Origin: Candidatus Calditenuaceae archaeon HR02
GTDB taxonomy: Archaea > Thermoproteota > Nitrososphaeria_A > Caldarchaeales > Calditenuaceae
Assembly: GCA_002898395.1 (NCBI GenBank)
Contig: BEHE01000003.1
Span: 87,519 to 119,518 of the forward strand
Direction: 5' to 3'
DNA length: 32,000 nucleotides
Below, piece after piece: positions 8,549 to 18,562 of this stretch; position 1 is the stretch's first letter; every line of letters starts with the position of its first letter. A model generated the notes under the pieces. The model did no database searches and was not told the origin of the DNA. It worked only from the letters and a program-made list of their open reading frames with translations. The translations under genes and the position numbers were made by a program.

Positions 8549-9478
8549 TTGGCGATGGCGGTAACTGTCAGCATTAAAAGGTTAGAGAGATCAATTGAGA
8601 GGAGGAGGCGCGTAGACAGGATTTTTTATATTATCTTCCTATTATCTACACTAATTTCAACTGTCTCATTGATAGTTATCTTCACTACTCTTGGTTTCGA
8701 GTCTTTCAACTTTTTCACACATGTCTCAATAGTAGAGTTTCTGACAAGCACTAAGTGGACTGCCCTTTTCTCAGAGAAGCATTTTGGAGTTCTTCCGCTT
8801 CTCAACGCGACTATTCTTACCTCGCTGATAGCCATAGCCATTGCCGCCCCTCTAGGCGTGATGATAGCACTATTCTTAAGTGAGTATGCCTCATCGGATA
8901 CGCGGTCAGTGGTTAAGCCATTGGTTGAGACACTTGCAGGCATACCTACTGTCGTCTACGGCTATTTCGCCCTTTACTTCGTCACACCCAATCTGCTGAG
9001 GCCGTTATGGGAGGGCCTACAACTTCACAACGCTCTGGCAGTAGGACTGATGATCGGCATCTTGATAATCCCGATAGTGGCCTCCATTAGTGACGACGCG
9101 ATGGCCGCCGTGCCCTCAGACCTTAGATTAGCGGCATACGCTGTGGGTTCTAGGAAGTCTGATGTGGCTCTAAGAGTCGTATTACCTGCAGCCCTCTCGG
9201 GCGTGTCCGCATCGATAATACTAGCCTTCGCTAGGGCGATGGGTGAGACTATGATCGCCGCCATCGCAGGAGGGTTCAGGAGCATCTTAACCTTCAATAT
9301 AGGGGAGAGCATGGAGACAATGACGGCATACATCGCGCAGGTTGCAACCGGAGATGCTCCACACGGAACAATAGAATACCAGTCGCTCTTCGCGGTGGGA
9401 TTATTTCTGTTGTTGATCACAGCTTCTCTTAACTATATTGGCATCAAGGTGGTGAAGAGGTGGGCCATCAGGTATTGA
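8549..9478 (+). CDS. pstC: phosphate ABC transporter permease PstC
   Basis: It has six or more TM segments and an EAA-like loop (AAYAVGSRKSDVALRVVLPAALSG). It sits between pstS and pstA. Alternative ATG at 8555. Confidence 0.85.
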   Translation: MAMAVTVSIKRLERSIERRRRVDRIFYIIFLLSTLISTVSLIVIFTTLGFESFNFFTHVSIVEFLTSTKWTALFSEKHFGVLPLLNATILTSLIAIAIAAPLGVMIALFLSEYASSDTRSVVKPLVETLAGIPTVVYGYFALYFVTPNLLRPLWEGLQLHNALAVGLMIGILIIPIVASISDDAMAAVPSDLRLAAYAVGSRKSDVALRVVLPAALSGVSASIILAFARAMGETMIAAIAGGFRSILTFNIGESMETMTAYIAQVATGDAPHGTIEYQSLFAVGLFLLLITASLNYIGIKVVKRWAIRY

Positions 9479-10356
9479 CTGGCTTCGAGCGCCGTTATAT
9501 AAGGCTTAGAAAGACCATTGACCGCCTACTGCCGATAATCCTGAGCTTAGCAGTCTTCATTGCTGTTGCCACTGTCGCTTCCCTTCTCCTCATCGTGATA
9601 ATTACCGGCGGCCACAGGCTATCATGGAACCTGATCCTTAACTATCCGTCGGCCAACCCTGAGGAAGCCGGTATGAGGTCTGCCATTATGGGCAGCATAT
9701 TTACTGTGGGCTTGTCTGCGCTTATTTGCATCCCCCTCAGCATAGCCACCGCGATATATCTCGTCGAGTATTCGAAAGGAGGTAGGCTTTCCTCAATCCT
9801 CAGCTATAACATAGCAAATCTGGCGGGCGTCCCATCCATAATCTTTGGTGTTGTAGCACTGGGCTTCCTAGGATACTGGTTGGGGATGGGGCGGACAATA
9901 ATCACCGGCGCTTTCACACTTGCCATCCTAACTCTACCCCTAGTGACCGTGACTTGCGTCGAGGCATTGAAGGCTGTTCCTGACGACCTGCGGTTGGGTG
10001 CATACGCTCTGGGGGCGACGACCCTTCAAGTCGTTAGGCACATCTCCCTCCCCAGGGCTCTCCCCATGATGCTGACTGGTGGGATACTCGGCATAAGCAG
10101 GGCTCTTGGTGAGGCGGCTCCAATACTCGTTGTGAGCGGCCTCCTATTCATAAGGGAAGACCCGACCTCCCTCTTCAGCAAGTTCACAGTCATGCCGCTC
10201 CAGCTCTATAACTGGATAAGCAGGCCACAGCCAGCCTTCGTAGAGCTATCCTCCGCGGGGATCATCGTCTTGTTGCTGATACTTCTAGCGCTCAATGGTG
10301 TTGCCATCGCGTTGAGGCAGTATTTGATAAGGAGGATTGGGCAAACTTGGAGATAG
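9460..10356 (+). CDS. pstA: phosphate ABC transporter permease PstA
   Basis: Polytopic protein with the loop [23 protein letters not shown]. It overlaps pstC by 19 nt and pstB by 10 nt. Confidence 0.85.
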   Translation: MGHQVLTGFERRYIRLRKTIDRLLPIILSLAVFIAVATVASLLLIVIITGGHRLSWNLILNYPSANPEEAGMRSAIMGSIFTVGLSALICIPLSIATAIYLVEYSKGGRLSSILSYNIANLAGVPSIIFGVVALGFLGYWLGMGRTIITGAFTLAILTLPLVTVTCVEALKAVPDDLRLGAYALGATTLQVVRHISLPRALPMMLTGGILGISRALGEAAPILVVSGLLFIREDPTSLFSKFTVMPLQLYNWISRPQPAFVELSSAGIIVLLLILLALNGVAIALRQYLIRRIGQTWR

Positions 10357-11195
10357 AGTCATATAATCAGTTACTCAAGAACTATGTGGAGCTGAGTAAG
10401 GAGGAAATGTCAGATATAACGGGGCCTGAGGTCGTGAAGGTGGAGAACCTCAAGGTTGTTTACGGAGATAAAACAGCCATTGATGGCGTCAATATATCGT
10501 TCAAACGTAACAACATAACAGCGATCATAGGGCCATCGGGCTGCGGCAAATCCACCCTCCTAAGGTCGATAAACCGGATGAACGACCTCATCCCAGGCGC
10601 TAAGGTAAGCGGCAAAGTATACTTCAACGGAGTAGACGTTTACTCTAGAGATGTTGACCCGGTCTTTATCCGCTCTAAAATTGGGATGGTCTTCCAGAGG
10701 CCGAACCCCTTCCCCTTCAGCATATTCGATAACGTAGCCTTTGGGCTGAGGGTTAACGGATTCAAGCTCTCGAAGTCCGAGCTTTATGAGAAGGTGAAGG
10801 ATGCACTGGTTAAGGCGGCTCTCTGGGATGAGGTGAAAGATAGGCTAAACAAGCACGCGTATAGCCTATCGGGTGGACAGCAGCAGAGACTCTGTATAGC
10901 GCGTGCACTGGCCGTAGACCCTGAGGTATTGCTGCTTGACGAGCCCACCGTCTCGCTCGATCCCATATCCACAGCGCGGATAGAATCTCTACTTCGCTCA
11001 ATAAAGGACGAGTACACGATAATAATAGTCACACACAATATGCTTCAGGCTGCGCGTGTCTCAGACTACACGGCCGTCATGATGCCTGATGAAAATATGG
11101 TTGGCCGGATAATAGAGTTCGGGGAAACTCGGCAGATATTCACAAACCCGAGGGATAAGAGAACTGAGGACTACATCAGCGGGCGCATAGGGTGA
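10347..11195 (+). CDS. pstB: phosphate ABC transporter ATP-binding protein PstB
   Basis: Walker [10 protein letters not shown], signature LSGGQQQR, Walker B LLLDEP, and the PstB-typical RMNDLIPG and FQRPNPFP blocks are all present. Confidence 0.95.
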   Translation: MEIESYNQLLKNYVELSKEEMSDITGPEVVKVENLKVVYGDKTAIDGVNISFKRNNITAIIGPSGCGKSTLLRSINRMNDLIPGAKVSGKVYFNGVDVYSRDVDPVFIRSKIGMVFQRPNPFPFSIFDNVAFGLRVNGFKLSKSELYEKVKDALVKAALWDEVKDRLNKHAYSLSGGQQQRLCIARALAVDPEVLLLDEPTVSLDPISTARIESLLRSIKDEYTIIIVTHNMLQAARVSDYTAVMMPDENMVGRIIEFGETRQIFTNPRDKRTEDYISGRIG

Positions 11196-11839
11196 GAGAG
11201 GGTTTGAGCAGGATACTCGATATGGGGCTTCAGCTACTAACCCAGCGCCTAGAGGAGATGTTCAACATAGGCATAAACTCATTCTACAGAAGTATCGACG
11301 GGCTACTACAGTACAGAGACGTCGAGAACGAGGTCTTTGAATCTGCGAGAAAGCTGAGGGACCTGCACGAAGAGATTAGTGAAATTGCTACAGAGCTTAT
11401 AGCCAGGTATCAGCCAGTTGCCAAAGATCTAAGATACATTCGCTCTTGCTACAATATCTCGTATGACATTCTGAGGATGGGGAGATATGCCCTAGAGATC
11501 ACGAGGAGTAGCCGGATGCTAGGCTCTCTCCTCGAATGCGACCTCACACCAATCTCAGAGGCTAGCGAGGTTATAGGTCAGATGCTAAGGAACTCCCTCC
11601 AAGCGCTTCAGGAGCTGAATGTTGAGATGGCTAGGAAGGTCAGGGAGATGGATGAGAAGATAGATGAGATCTACCGGGAAAGGATTAGGGCGATAACGCT
11701 CGAGAGAAACGGCTCGCGGGAGTGTGACGTGGCTATTGTCCTTACTCTCAGGAACCTCGAGAGGATTGCAGACCATGCTACCTATATTTGTGACGCCGTC
11801 GAGTATATCGTCACAGGGACCTTGAGGCACCGTGAATAA
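11192..11839 (+). CDS. phoU: phosphate signalling/transport accessory protein PhoU
   Basis: ~215-aa all-helical protein with a duplicated PhoU repeat (RMGRYALEI / [11 protein letters not shown]). It overlaps the pstB stop by 4 nt. Confidence 0.85.
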   Translation: MREGLSRILDMGLQLLTQRLEEMFNIGINSFYRSIDGLLQYRDVENEVFESARKLRDLHEEISEIATELIARYQPVAKDLRYIRSCYNISYDILRMGRYALEITRSSRMLGSLLECDLTPISEASEVIGQMLRNSLQALQELNVEMARKVREMDEKIDEIYRERIRAITLERNGSRECDVAIVLTLRNLERIADHATYICDAVEYIVTGTLRHRE

Positions 11840-11846
11840 CCCTGCT

Positions 11847-12794
11847 TTACGAGAGCTTGGCTAGGAGTATGGAGGCGACCGCTGCGTCCTGAGCGGCTGT
11901 ACCCACCGTCTTAAAGATAGTGACTTCGCTCTTATCGACACGTCCAGCCTTCCTCCCAGCTATTATCTCCCCAATCTCAGCATACACATCCTCCCACCTC
12001 ATTAAGCCCGACTTAACCGCCTGAATTATCTCCCCAGCCTCCTCCTTGGCCGCGTTTAGAAAGTCAACAACAACCTTGCTGGACGCTAGTAGCCGCGGGT
12101 CTATCTCAGCCATTTCCGGGGTGTAGGCTCCTATAGCCGAGATATGGGTTCCAGGTCTCACCCACTCCTTCAAGACTACTGGCGTCTTGCTAGTTGTGGC
12201 AGTTATAACGACATCGCAGGACCTGACCAGAGTCTCTGCAGAGCCACATACCTCCACCTCTCCCCCGATCTTCTCCCGCATCTCTTCGGCGAATCTCTCA
12301 GCCCTGTCTCTATATATGTCGAAGGCATAGACTTTATCCGGTCTCATGACCCGTTGGGTTATAGATAGCTGCCAGCGGGCTTGGTATCCGCAACCTATAA
12401 TTCCTAGGCTTGAGGCGTCGCTCCTGGCTAAGTGCTTCACGGAGAGGGCTGTGGCCGCCGCAGTCCTTAGGCCCGTGAGCGCTCTCGCCTCAGCAACCAG
12501 CTTGGGGATACCGTCCGCAGGGTCAACTGCCACGACAACTGCGTTGGTGGTCGGCAACCCCTTCTCCAAATTCCGCGGAAAGACGGAGACAACCTTGAGA
12601 GAGAATACCCTTAGGCTTGGAGCAAGACACGGCATCAAAAGTATGTCCCCAACACCTTGAACATTTATCCGGCTACGGGGTGGCATAACGACCTCTCCAA
12701 GGCTGAGGGCCTTAAACGCCTCGGCAACTGCGCTCAGTAGCTCCTCCACCGATACAAGAGTCTCAACCTCGCCATCGCTGAGGGTTGCGACCAT
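11847..12794 (-). CDS. ornithine cyclodeaminase/mu-crystallin family NAD(P)-dependent enzyme (archaeal alanine dehydrogenase-like)
   Basis: LGIIGCGYQARWQL is the Rossmann loop. Family-typical blocks are LKVVSVFPRN, VVITATTSKTPVV, HISAIGAYTPEMAEID and TIFKTVGTAAQD. Confidence 0.75.
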   Translation of the reverse strand: MVATLSDGEVETLVSVEELLSAVAEAFKALSLGEVVMPPRSRINVQGVGDILLMPCLAPSLRVFSLKVVSVFPRNLEKGLPTTNAVVVAVDPADGIPKLVAEARALTGLRTAAATALSVKHLARSDASSLGIIGCGYQARWQLSITQRVMRPDKVYAFDIYRDRAERFAEEMREKIGGEVEVCGSAETLVRSCDVVITATTSKTPVVLKEWVRPGTHISAIGAYTPEMAEIDPRLLASSKVVVDFLNAAKEEAGEIIQAVKSGLMRWEDVYAEIGEIIAGRKAGRVDKSEVTIFKTVGTAAQDAAVASILLAKLS

Positions 12795-12922
12795 GCCCGT
12801 CCAGCAGCGAATATCCGGCTAGCTATATAGAGTTTAAGGGCCACCACCAAGCATAAAGCTGATAATCGCTAAAGCCTGCCCGTCATGCGAGAAACCTTAA
12901 AAGTGGAGACCAATGAAGTATA

Positions 12923-13186
12923 GTGGAAACCTTGTCCACGGATATATCGCTGAAGATGCTGGCACGATCGTTGGGTGGCACGGTGCTGGTTAAGCTGAGG
13001 AATGGCCGAGCAATACGCGGACAGTTGAAGGGGTATGACCAGCACATGAACCTCGTCCTCGAGGGCGCAGAGGAGATTAGGGGGGAAAACAACTCTGTCA
13101 AGCTGGGGCTCATTGTCGTGAGGGGTGACAACATAGTAATGATCTCGCCTTCCCAGATTAAGCAGGAGGAGGCTGGTGGAGCGTGA
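12923..13186 (+). CDS. archaeal Sm-like protein (SmAP/LSm)
   Basis: Sm1 is VLVKLRNGRAIRGQLKGYDQHMNLVLEGAEE and Sm2 is VVRGDNIVMISP. TTAAAA lies ~25 nt upstream of GTG 12923. Alternative in-frame ATG at 12956. Confidence 0.85.
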   Translation: METLSTDISLKMLARSLGGTVLVKLRNGRAIRGQLKGYDQHMNLVLEGAEEIRGENNSVKLGLIVVRGDNIVMISPSQIKQEEAGGA

Positions 13187-13356
13187 AGGGAACACCCTCG
13201 ATGGGAAAGTTTAAGACACCGACGCACGGTCGCTGTAGGAGGTGTGGTAGACGCTCCTTTAACTACAGGCGTGGACGCTGTGGGCACTGTGGGTTTGGAG
13301 CCACGAAGAAGTGGCGGAGTTATAGGTGGCTGAAGAGCTTGAAGGAGCGTCTTTGA
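13183..13356 (+). CDS. rpl37e: 50S ribosomal protein L37e (eL37); absent from the ORF track because it is <60 aa
   Basis: Hand translation gives MKGTPSMGKFKTPTHGRCRRCGRRSFNYRRGRCGHCGFGATKKWRSYRWLKSLKERL. It has the GTPS.GK N-terminus and the C-x2-C-x14-C-x2-C zinc ribbon of L37e. GTG 13183 overlaps the Sm stop (GTGA). Alternative ATG at 13201. Confidence 0.85.
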   Translation: MKGTPSMGKFKTPTHGRCRRCGRRSFNYRRGRCGHCGFGATKKWRSYRWLKSLKERL

Positions 13357-13364
13357 GATAAGAG

Positions 13365-16139
13365 CTAAGCTGCAGCCTTCTCGCCGAGAATCTTCCTGAC
13401 AACGTAGGGGAGGATTCCTCCATGCCTATAGTATTCTATCTCTATTGGCGTGTCAAGCCTCAATATTGTTTCGAATGTGATGGATGTGCCGTCCTCCTGT
13501 CTCGCTGTTACTTTAACGCGTTTCCGCGGCTGTAGCTGTCCTATCTCAATGTCATAGACCTCTGAGCCTTTGAGGCCGAGGTTCCTCCAGCCTTCCCCCT
13601 CCAAGAATTGGAGAGGCAGCACCCCCATGCCCACCAGATTACTCCTGTGAATCCTCTCGAAACTCTCAGCTATCACCGCTCTAACGCCGAGGAGGCTAAC
13701 GCCTTTTGCAGCCCAGTCCCTAGAGCTCCCAGCACCATATTGCTTCCCGGCAATAATTATCAGTGGCACCCCCTCCTCCTTATATCTCATAGCCGCGTCG
13801 TAGACGGTCATCTTAGCACCTTCGGGGAAGTGTATCGTCCACCACCCCTCACCATCATGGAGTAGATAGTTTCTCAGACGGTGGTTTGCGAGGGTCCCTC
13901 GAATCATTACCTCGTGGTTGCCCCGCCTCGAGCCGTAGGTGTTGAATTCTGCGGGGTCTACTCCGAGGCTCTTGAGGTAGAGACCAGCAGGGCTGTTTGG
14001 CGGTATAGCCCCGGCCGGGGAGATGTGGTCTGTCGTTACACGGTCTCCAAGGAGAACTAGGACGCGCGCCCCCCTTATGTCGCCAGGTGGGCTGGGCTCC
14101 CTCTGGAAGCCCTCGAAGTATGGGGGCTTCCTAATGTACGTTGAGTTGGGGTCCCAGCTGTAGATAGGGGTCCTCGGCGCCTTCAGCTCCTCCCACTCAC
14201 CCACGCCTCTAAATATCTCGGCATACCTTTTCCTAAACATCTCCGTTCTGATGCTCGACTCCATTATTCTTCTAATCTCCTGCCTGTCCGGCCAAATGTC
14301 TCTGAGGTAGACTGGCTTGCCGTCGCTGCCCACTCCCAGCGGCTCGGAGTGGAAGTCAACATCTATTCGGCCGGCGAGCGCATATGCCACCACCAGTATA
14401 GGCGAGGCCAGGAAGCTTGCCTTGACCAAGGGGTGTATCCTCCCCTCAAAATTCCTGTTACCACTCAGCACCGCCACGGTGAAAAGGTCTCTCTTCTTTA
14501 TCTCCGCCTCAACCTCGGGGAGGAGTGGTCCACTGTTTCCAATACATGTGGTGCAGCCATAGCCAACAACCTCAAACCCGAGCTCAGACAGGTAGGACAG
14601 GAGGCCTGCCGCCTCAAGATAGTCAGTAACAACGGCTGAGCCGGGTGCGAGGCTCGTCTTGACATAAGGCTTCCGCATCAACCCCTTCTGGACAGCGTTT
14701 CTGGCGAGGAGGCCTGCGCCAATCATGACCTCGGGATTAGAGGTGTTCGTGCAGCTGGTTATCGCGGCTATTACTACTGCTCCATCCAGGATCTCTGTCT
14801 CCTGACCACCAATCCTAACTCTCCCAGCAGTCCCGCCAGTGGCTAACTGGACACCGCTCGCTCCTCCCTCACTGTGCCAGTCCCCTAGTCGATTCTCAGA
14901 AGCACCTACAACCGGTTTGGCCCGCCTCAAGATATCAAGTATAACCTTCCTAGCCTCCTTAAGTCTAATCCTGTCCTCGGGGTTTGCGGGACCAGCTATG
15001 GAGGGCTCAATATCGTCCAAATTAATCTCTACTACCTCACTGTACCTCGCCCCCCTCTCATAGTCTGCTGTGAAGAGGCCTTGAAGCTCTGTGTAGGTTC
15101 TGACCATCTTAATGTGTACCTCATCCCTCCCCGTCATCCTGAGGTAGCTGAGAGTCTGCTCGTCTATGGGAAAGAGGCCGACCGTTGCGCCGTATTCTGG
15201 AGCCATGTTGGAGACAGTGGCCCTGTCTGGGACGCTCAGCTTAGCCACGCCGGGGCCGAAAAACTCTACAAATTTTCCTACAACTCCTTTCCGCCTAAGC
15301 GTCTCCGTCACAGTCAACACAAGGTCCGTCGCCGTCGCGGGGGGCTGCAGCTCACCGACCAGCCGGACCCCAACCACCTCCGGGACGCTCATGTAGTAGG
15401 GCTGGCCTAGCATAACAGCCTCGGCTTCAATCCCGCCAACCCCCCAGCCCAAAACCCCGAGACCATTAACCATGGGTGTGTGCGAGTCTGTCCCTAGGAG
15501 GGTGTCGGGATACATCGCCAGCCCGTCCGCCTCATTTCTAACCTCCACCACCTTAGCCAGACTCTCTAGGTTCACTTGGTGGACAATTCCACGCCCAGGA
15601 GGGACTACATAGAAGTTCCTGAAAGCGTTTTGAGCCCACTTCAAAAGCACATACCTCTCCCTATTCCTCTCGAACTCTAGTGTCAGGTTCCTCCAGTAAG
15701 CGTCCTTTACCCCGAAGTAGTCGACTTGGATGGAGTGGTCGACGACAAGGTGGGTTGGGATGGTGGGATTGACCCGTGAGGCGTCTCCGCCTAGGCTGTG
15801 AACCACCTCCCGCATCGCGGCAAGGTCAACGATTAAGGGGACCCCGGTGAAATCCTGCAACAGGACTCTGGAGGGCATAAACGGTATCTCAGTGTCGCTC
15901 CCCACCCTTCCTTCGCCGACAGCTTTCACATCTTCGAGCGACGCAATACCCGCACCTGCACTCCTAGCCACATTCTCGAGAAGAATCTTCAGGCTCAGCG
16001 GCATAGAGTCCAGATTCCTCGCAAGGCCAATCTCCTCGAGTGCGGAAAGACTGTAATAGTATGCTCCACCCACTGGTGTGGATATCTTCCTCCTAACTCC
16101 TCTGATCTCAGACCTCAAATCCATATATCTGTCGTGCAT
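13365..16139 (-). CDS. acnA: aconitate hydratase A
   Basis: 924-aa protein with DSHTPMVNGLGVLGWGVGGIEAEA, the Fe-S ligand contexts SCTNTSNP and CTTCIGNSG, plus GSSRDWAAKG. Confidence 0.95.
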   Translation of the reverse strand: MHDRYMDLRSEIRGVRRKISTPVGGAYYYSLSALEEIGLARNLDSMPLSLKILLENVARSAGAGIASLEDVKAVGEGRVGSDTEIPFMPSRVLLQDFTGVPLIVDLAAMREVVHSLGGDASRVNPTIPTHLVVDHSIQVDYFGVKDAYWRNLTLEFERNRERYVLLKWAQNAFRNFYVVPPGRGIVHQVNLESLAKVVEVRNEADGLAMYPDTLLGTDSHTPMVNGLGVLGWGVGGIEAEAVMLGQPYYMSVPEVVGVRLVGELQPPATATDLVLTVTETLRRKGVVGKFVEFFGPGVAKLSVPDRATVSNMAPEYGATVGLFPIDEQTLSYLRMTGRDEVHIKMVRTYTELQGLFTADYERGARYSEVVEINLDDIEPSIAGPANPEDRIRLKEARKVILDILRRAKPVVGASENRLGDWHSEGGASGVQLATGGTAGRVRIGGQETEILDGAVVIAAITSCTNTSNPEVMIGAGLLARNAVQKGLMRKPYVKTSLAPGSAVVTDYLEAAGLLSYLSELGFEVVGYGCTTCIGNSGPLLPEVEAEIKKRDLFTVAVLSGNRNFEGRIHPLVKASFLASPILVVAYALAGRIDVDFHSEPLGVGSDGKPVYLRDIWPDRQEIRRIMESSIRTEMFRKRYAEIFRGVGEWEELKAPRTPIYSWDPNSTYIRKPPYFEGFQREPSPPGDIRGARVLVLLGDRVTTDHISPAGAIPPNSPAGLYLKSLGVDPAEFNTYGSRRGNHEVMIRGTLANHRLRNYLLHDGEGWWTIHFPEGAKMTVYDAAMRYKEEGVPLIIIAGKQYGAGSSRDWAAKGVSLLGVRAVIAESFERIHRSNLVGMGVLPLQFLEGEGWRNLGLKGSEVYDIEIGQLQPRKRVKVTARQEDGTSITFETILRLDTPIEIEYYRHGGILPYVVRKILGEKAAA

Positions 16140-16185
16140 AGACAGTTACTGGCTGAGTTTTTAACCTTGATTTTTAAACAACAGT

Positions 16186-16707
16186 CTACATGCGCGCCAC
16201 ATGTACCATGTGGGGGAGCTCCGGCCCTATCAGCTTGAGCGCCGTCTCCACCGCGTCGGGGGAGCCTGGCAAGACCAATATAATAGAACCTGAGATAACG
16301 CCGGCGATGCATCTCGAGAGCGCGGCGTGAAATCCTATCCTCTTATAACTCTCAACCCTGAAGATCTCTCCCACACCCTCGATCTCCTTCTCGAGGAGGG
16401 GCCGCACAGCCTCTATGCTAACGTCCCGCCTCGATATTCCTGTTCCACCTATCACGGCCACTACATCGTAGCCTTCCGCCAATGCTTTGGAGAGCTTAGC
16501 CCTTATGCCTATAATCTCGTCGCCAACTAGCCCAAGGTGCTTGACCTCGTGGCCCAGCTCCTCCAGCATCCTTCGCGCAACGGCTGATGAGTCGTCCACG
16601 TATGGCTCCCCCCTCAACATTGCCTGATAGCGAGAAGTGCTAGACCTTATGATTGCTATTCTTAGCTTCTTCGGTGCCGCTGACCTGTGCGACTCCGCGG
16701 CAGACAT
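16186..16707 (-). CDS. moaB: molybdenum cofactor biosynthesis protein MoaB/Mog family
   Basis: The MoCF_biosynth fold signature is GGTGISRRDVSIEAV...GEIFR...LPGSP. ~170 aa. Confidence 0.8.
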   Translation of the reverse strand: MSAAESHRSAAPKKLRIAIIRSSTSRYQAMLRGEPYVDDSSAVARRMLEELGHEVKHLGLVGDEIIGIRAKLSKALAEGYDVVAVIGGTGISRRDVSIEAVRPLLEKEIEGVGEIFRVESYKRIGFHAALSRCIAGVISGSIILVLPGSPDAVETALKLIGPELPHMVHVARM

Positions 16708-16825
16708 CGATGTATTGTATCGATAGCTAGTATTAAGACTAGTGGGGCTCTGCAGAGCACAAGTATTGATCGAATGCTAGATAATGGTTTATATCCTGCC
16801 TGAGTGGATTCTGGTCAGGTGATCT

Positions 16826-18052
16826 GTGCTATCCGGCGTACAAGTGTTTCTAAGATGTAGGGAGTGCGGAAAACCCTTCGGACACGTACTGGCACACGTA
16901 TGCGATGAGTGTTTTGGAGCCCTGGAAGCAGCGTACAGCCCAGATCGGTACTCAGTGAGTAGGACTATGATAGAGGCGAGGCCACCATCTATGTGGAGGT
17001 ACTGGGAGTTTCTCCCCCTACTCGACGCATCCAAGAAGGTTGACATAGGTGCAGGTTACACCCCCTTGCTGAGGGCGGAGCGCCTCGCGAAGAAACTGGG
17101 CGTAACAAGGCTCTACATAAAGAATGATACCGTCAACCCCACATTCAGTTTTAAGGACAGGCCCTCTAGCCTGGCAGTCTCAAAGGCTAGGGAGTTCGGT
17201 CTGGGCTCTGTGGGATGCGCATCCACCGGCAATCTAGCGGGTGCGACGGCCGCCCACGCAGCATCTGCAGGAATTCCCTGCTACGTCTTCATGCCCAACA
17301 GTGTTGAGAGGACAAAAATTAAGCAGGCCGCACTCTATGGAGCGGAAATACTACTAGTCCAGGGGACCTATGACGACGCCAACAGACTGGCAGCACTCGC
17401 AGCCGATAGGCTCGGGATAGGAATCGTCAACGTGAATCTGAGGCCGTATTACGTAGAGGGGTCGAAGACAATGGGCTTGGAGATCGCTGAGCAACTGGGC
17501 TGGCGGGCGCCTGACAGAATAATTGTGCCGACGGCTAGTGGAGCTCTACTATCAGCGATATTCAAGGGCATCAATGAGGCAGAGCAAGCAGGTCTAATAC
17601 GTGATAGCAATGTTGCCATGACCTGTGCGCAGCCGCTTGGATGCTCGCCAATAGTAAAAGCCTTCAGGGAGAGGACCGACCGTATAGAGCCTGTAAGACA
17701 CCCCGACACCGTCGTGCAGAGCTTGGCCATCGGCGACCCAGGAGACGGCTACCAGGCCCTAAAAATCTTGAAGGAGAGCGGGGGGACAGCGGTCGCCCTG
17801 ACTGATGACGAGTGCTTAGAGGCGGTCGAGTTACTGGCATCAACTGAAGGCATCTTCGCAGAGCCCGGCGGCGCCATATCAGTGGCAGCCCTCAAGAAAT
17901 TGGTGGAGCTGGGGGAGGTTGGGAGAGACGAGGAGGTTGTCTGCTGCGTCACAGGCACGGGGTTAAAGACAGTAGAACTCCAGCCAGAGCCCAACCGCGT
18001 AAAAACTATACCACCTACACTCGAAGGTGTAAGAAAGGCTCTAAACCTATAA
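16826..18052 (+). CDS. threonine synthase-like PLP enzyme with N-terminal zinc ribbon
   Basis: The zinc ribbon is CRECGKPF...CDEC. The PLP-lysine block is NPTFSFKDRPSS. ASTGNLAG is present, and GxxxTGTGLK lies at the C-terminus. This fits the ThrC family. The substrate cannot be assigned from sequence by eye. Confidence 0.8.
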   Translation: MLSGVQVFLRCRECGKPFGHVLAHVCDECFGALEAAYSPDRYSVSRTMIEARPPSMWRYWEFLPLLDASKKVDIGAGYTPLLRAERLAKKLGVTRLYIKNDTVNPTFSFKDRPSSLAVSKAREFGLGSVGCASTGNLAGATAAHAASAGIPCYVFMPNSVERTKIKQAALYGAEILLVQGTYDDANRLAALAADRLGIGIVNVNLRPYYVEGSKTMGLEIAEQLGWRAPDRIIVPTASGALLSAIFKGINEAEQAGLIRDSNVAMTCAQPLGCSPIVKAFRERTDRIEPVRHPDTVVQSLAIGDPGDGYQALKILKESGGTAVALTDDECLEAVELLASTEGIFAEPGGAISVAALKKLVELGEVGRDEEVVCCVTGTGLKTVELQPEPNRVKTIPPTLEGVRKALNL

Positions 18053-18262
18053 TCAGGAAAAACATATTGGTGTATAGTTTCTTCACCTTCTGGTCTTTCT
18101 GTGTATTATTTTTATGCTGGATTTAGGTACGAGGCCGAGATATATGAGGAGTCTATGAGGCTATCTTTTAACCTATATGCAGTAGGGGTGGCTGAGGCTG
18201 TCCCGGAGAGTTCTGACCCAAATGAGCATTTATATCATCCCCTCCACATGAATCCCTTAAAG

Positions 18263-18544
18263 ATGTCCCCGAAAGTTCGGGTAACAGTAACTGCCGTCCT
18301 TGCAAACTATCTCGGGGGACAGAGGGATTTCATAGTTGAGGCCGACTCTGTGAGGGCCGTGATAGAGGAGCTGGCTAAGAAGTATGGCTCAGAGATTAGG
18401 AGGAGGCTGTTTGATGAGGAAGGACGGCTAAGGAGGTACATCAACATCTACGTAAATGATAGGGGTCTGAGCCACCAGGAGCTAGACATGAGGCTTCAGG
18501 ATGGTGATGAGGTCTTAATTCTTCCAGCAGTGAGCGGTGGATAG
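18263..18544 (+). CDS. MoaD/ThiS-family ubiquitin-like sulfur-carrier protein (C-terminal GG)
   Basis: The track ORF 18101..18544 has a 54-codon N-terminal extension that looks non-coding-like. From ATG 18263 (or 18248) the ~93-aa product has a beta-grasp pattern and ends ...GDEVLILPAVSGG-stop, the diagnostic MoaD/ThiS terminus. Confidence 0.7.
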   Translation: MSPKVRVTVTAVLANYLGGQRDFIVEADSVRAVIEELAKKYGSEIRRRLFDEEGRLRRYINIYVNDRGLSHQELDMRLQDGDEVLILPAVSGG

Positions 18545-18562
18545 GATCTGAGACCCCAGGCA

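Noticed and set aside
12869-13287. Two minus-strand ORFs (108 and 134 aa) across the Sm/L37e locus
   Set aside because: They are antisense to two strongly recognisable genes (Sm motifs, L37e zinc ribbon), and their products are low-complexity S/T/P/L-rich.
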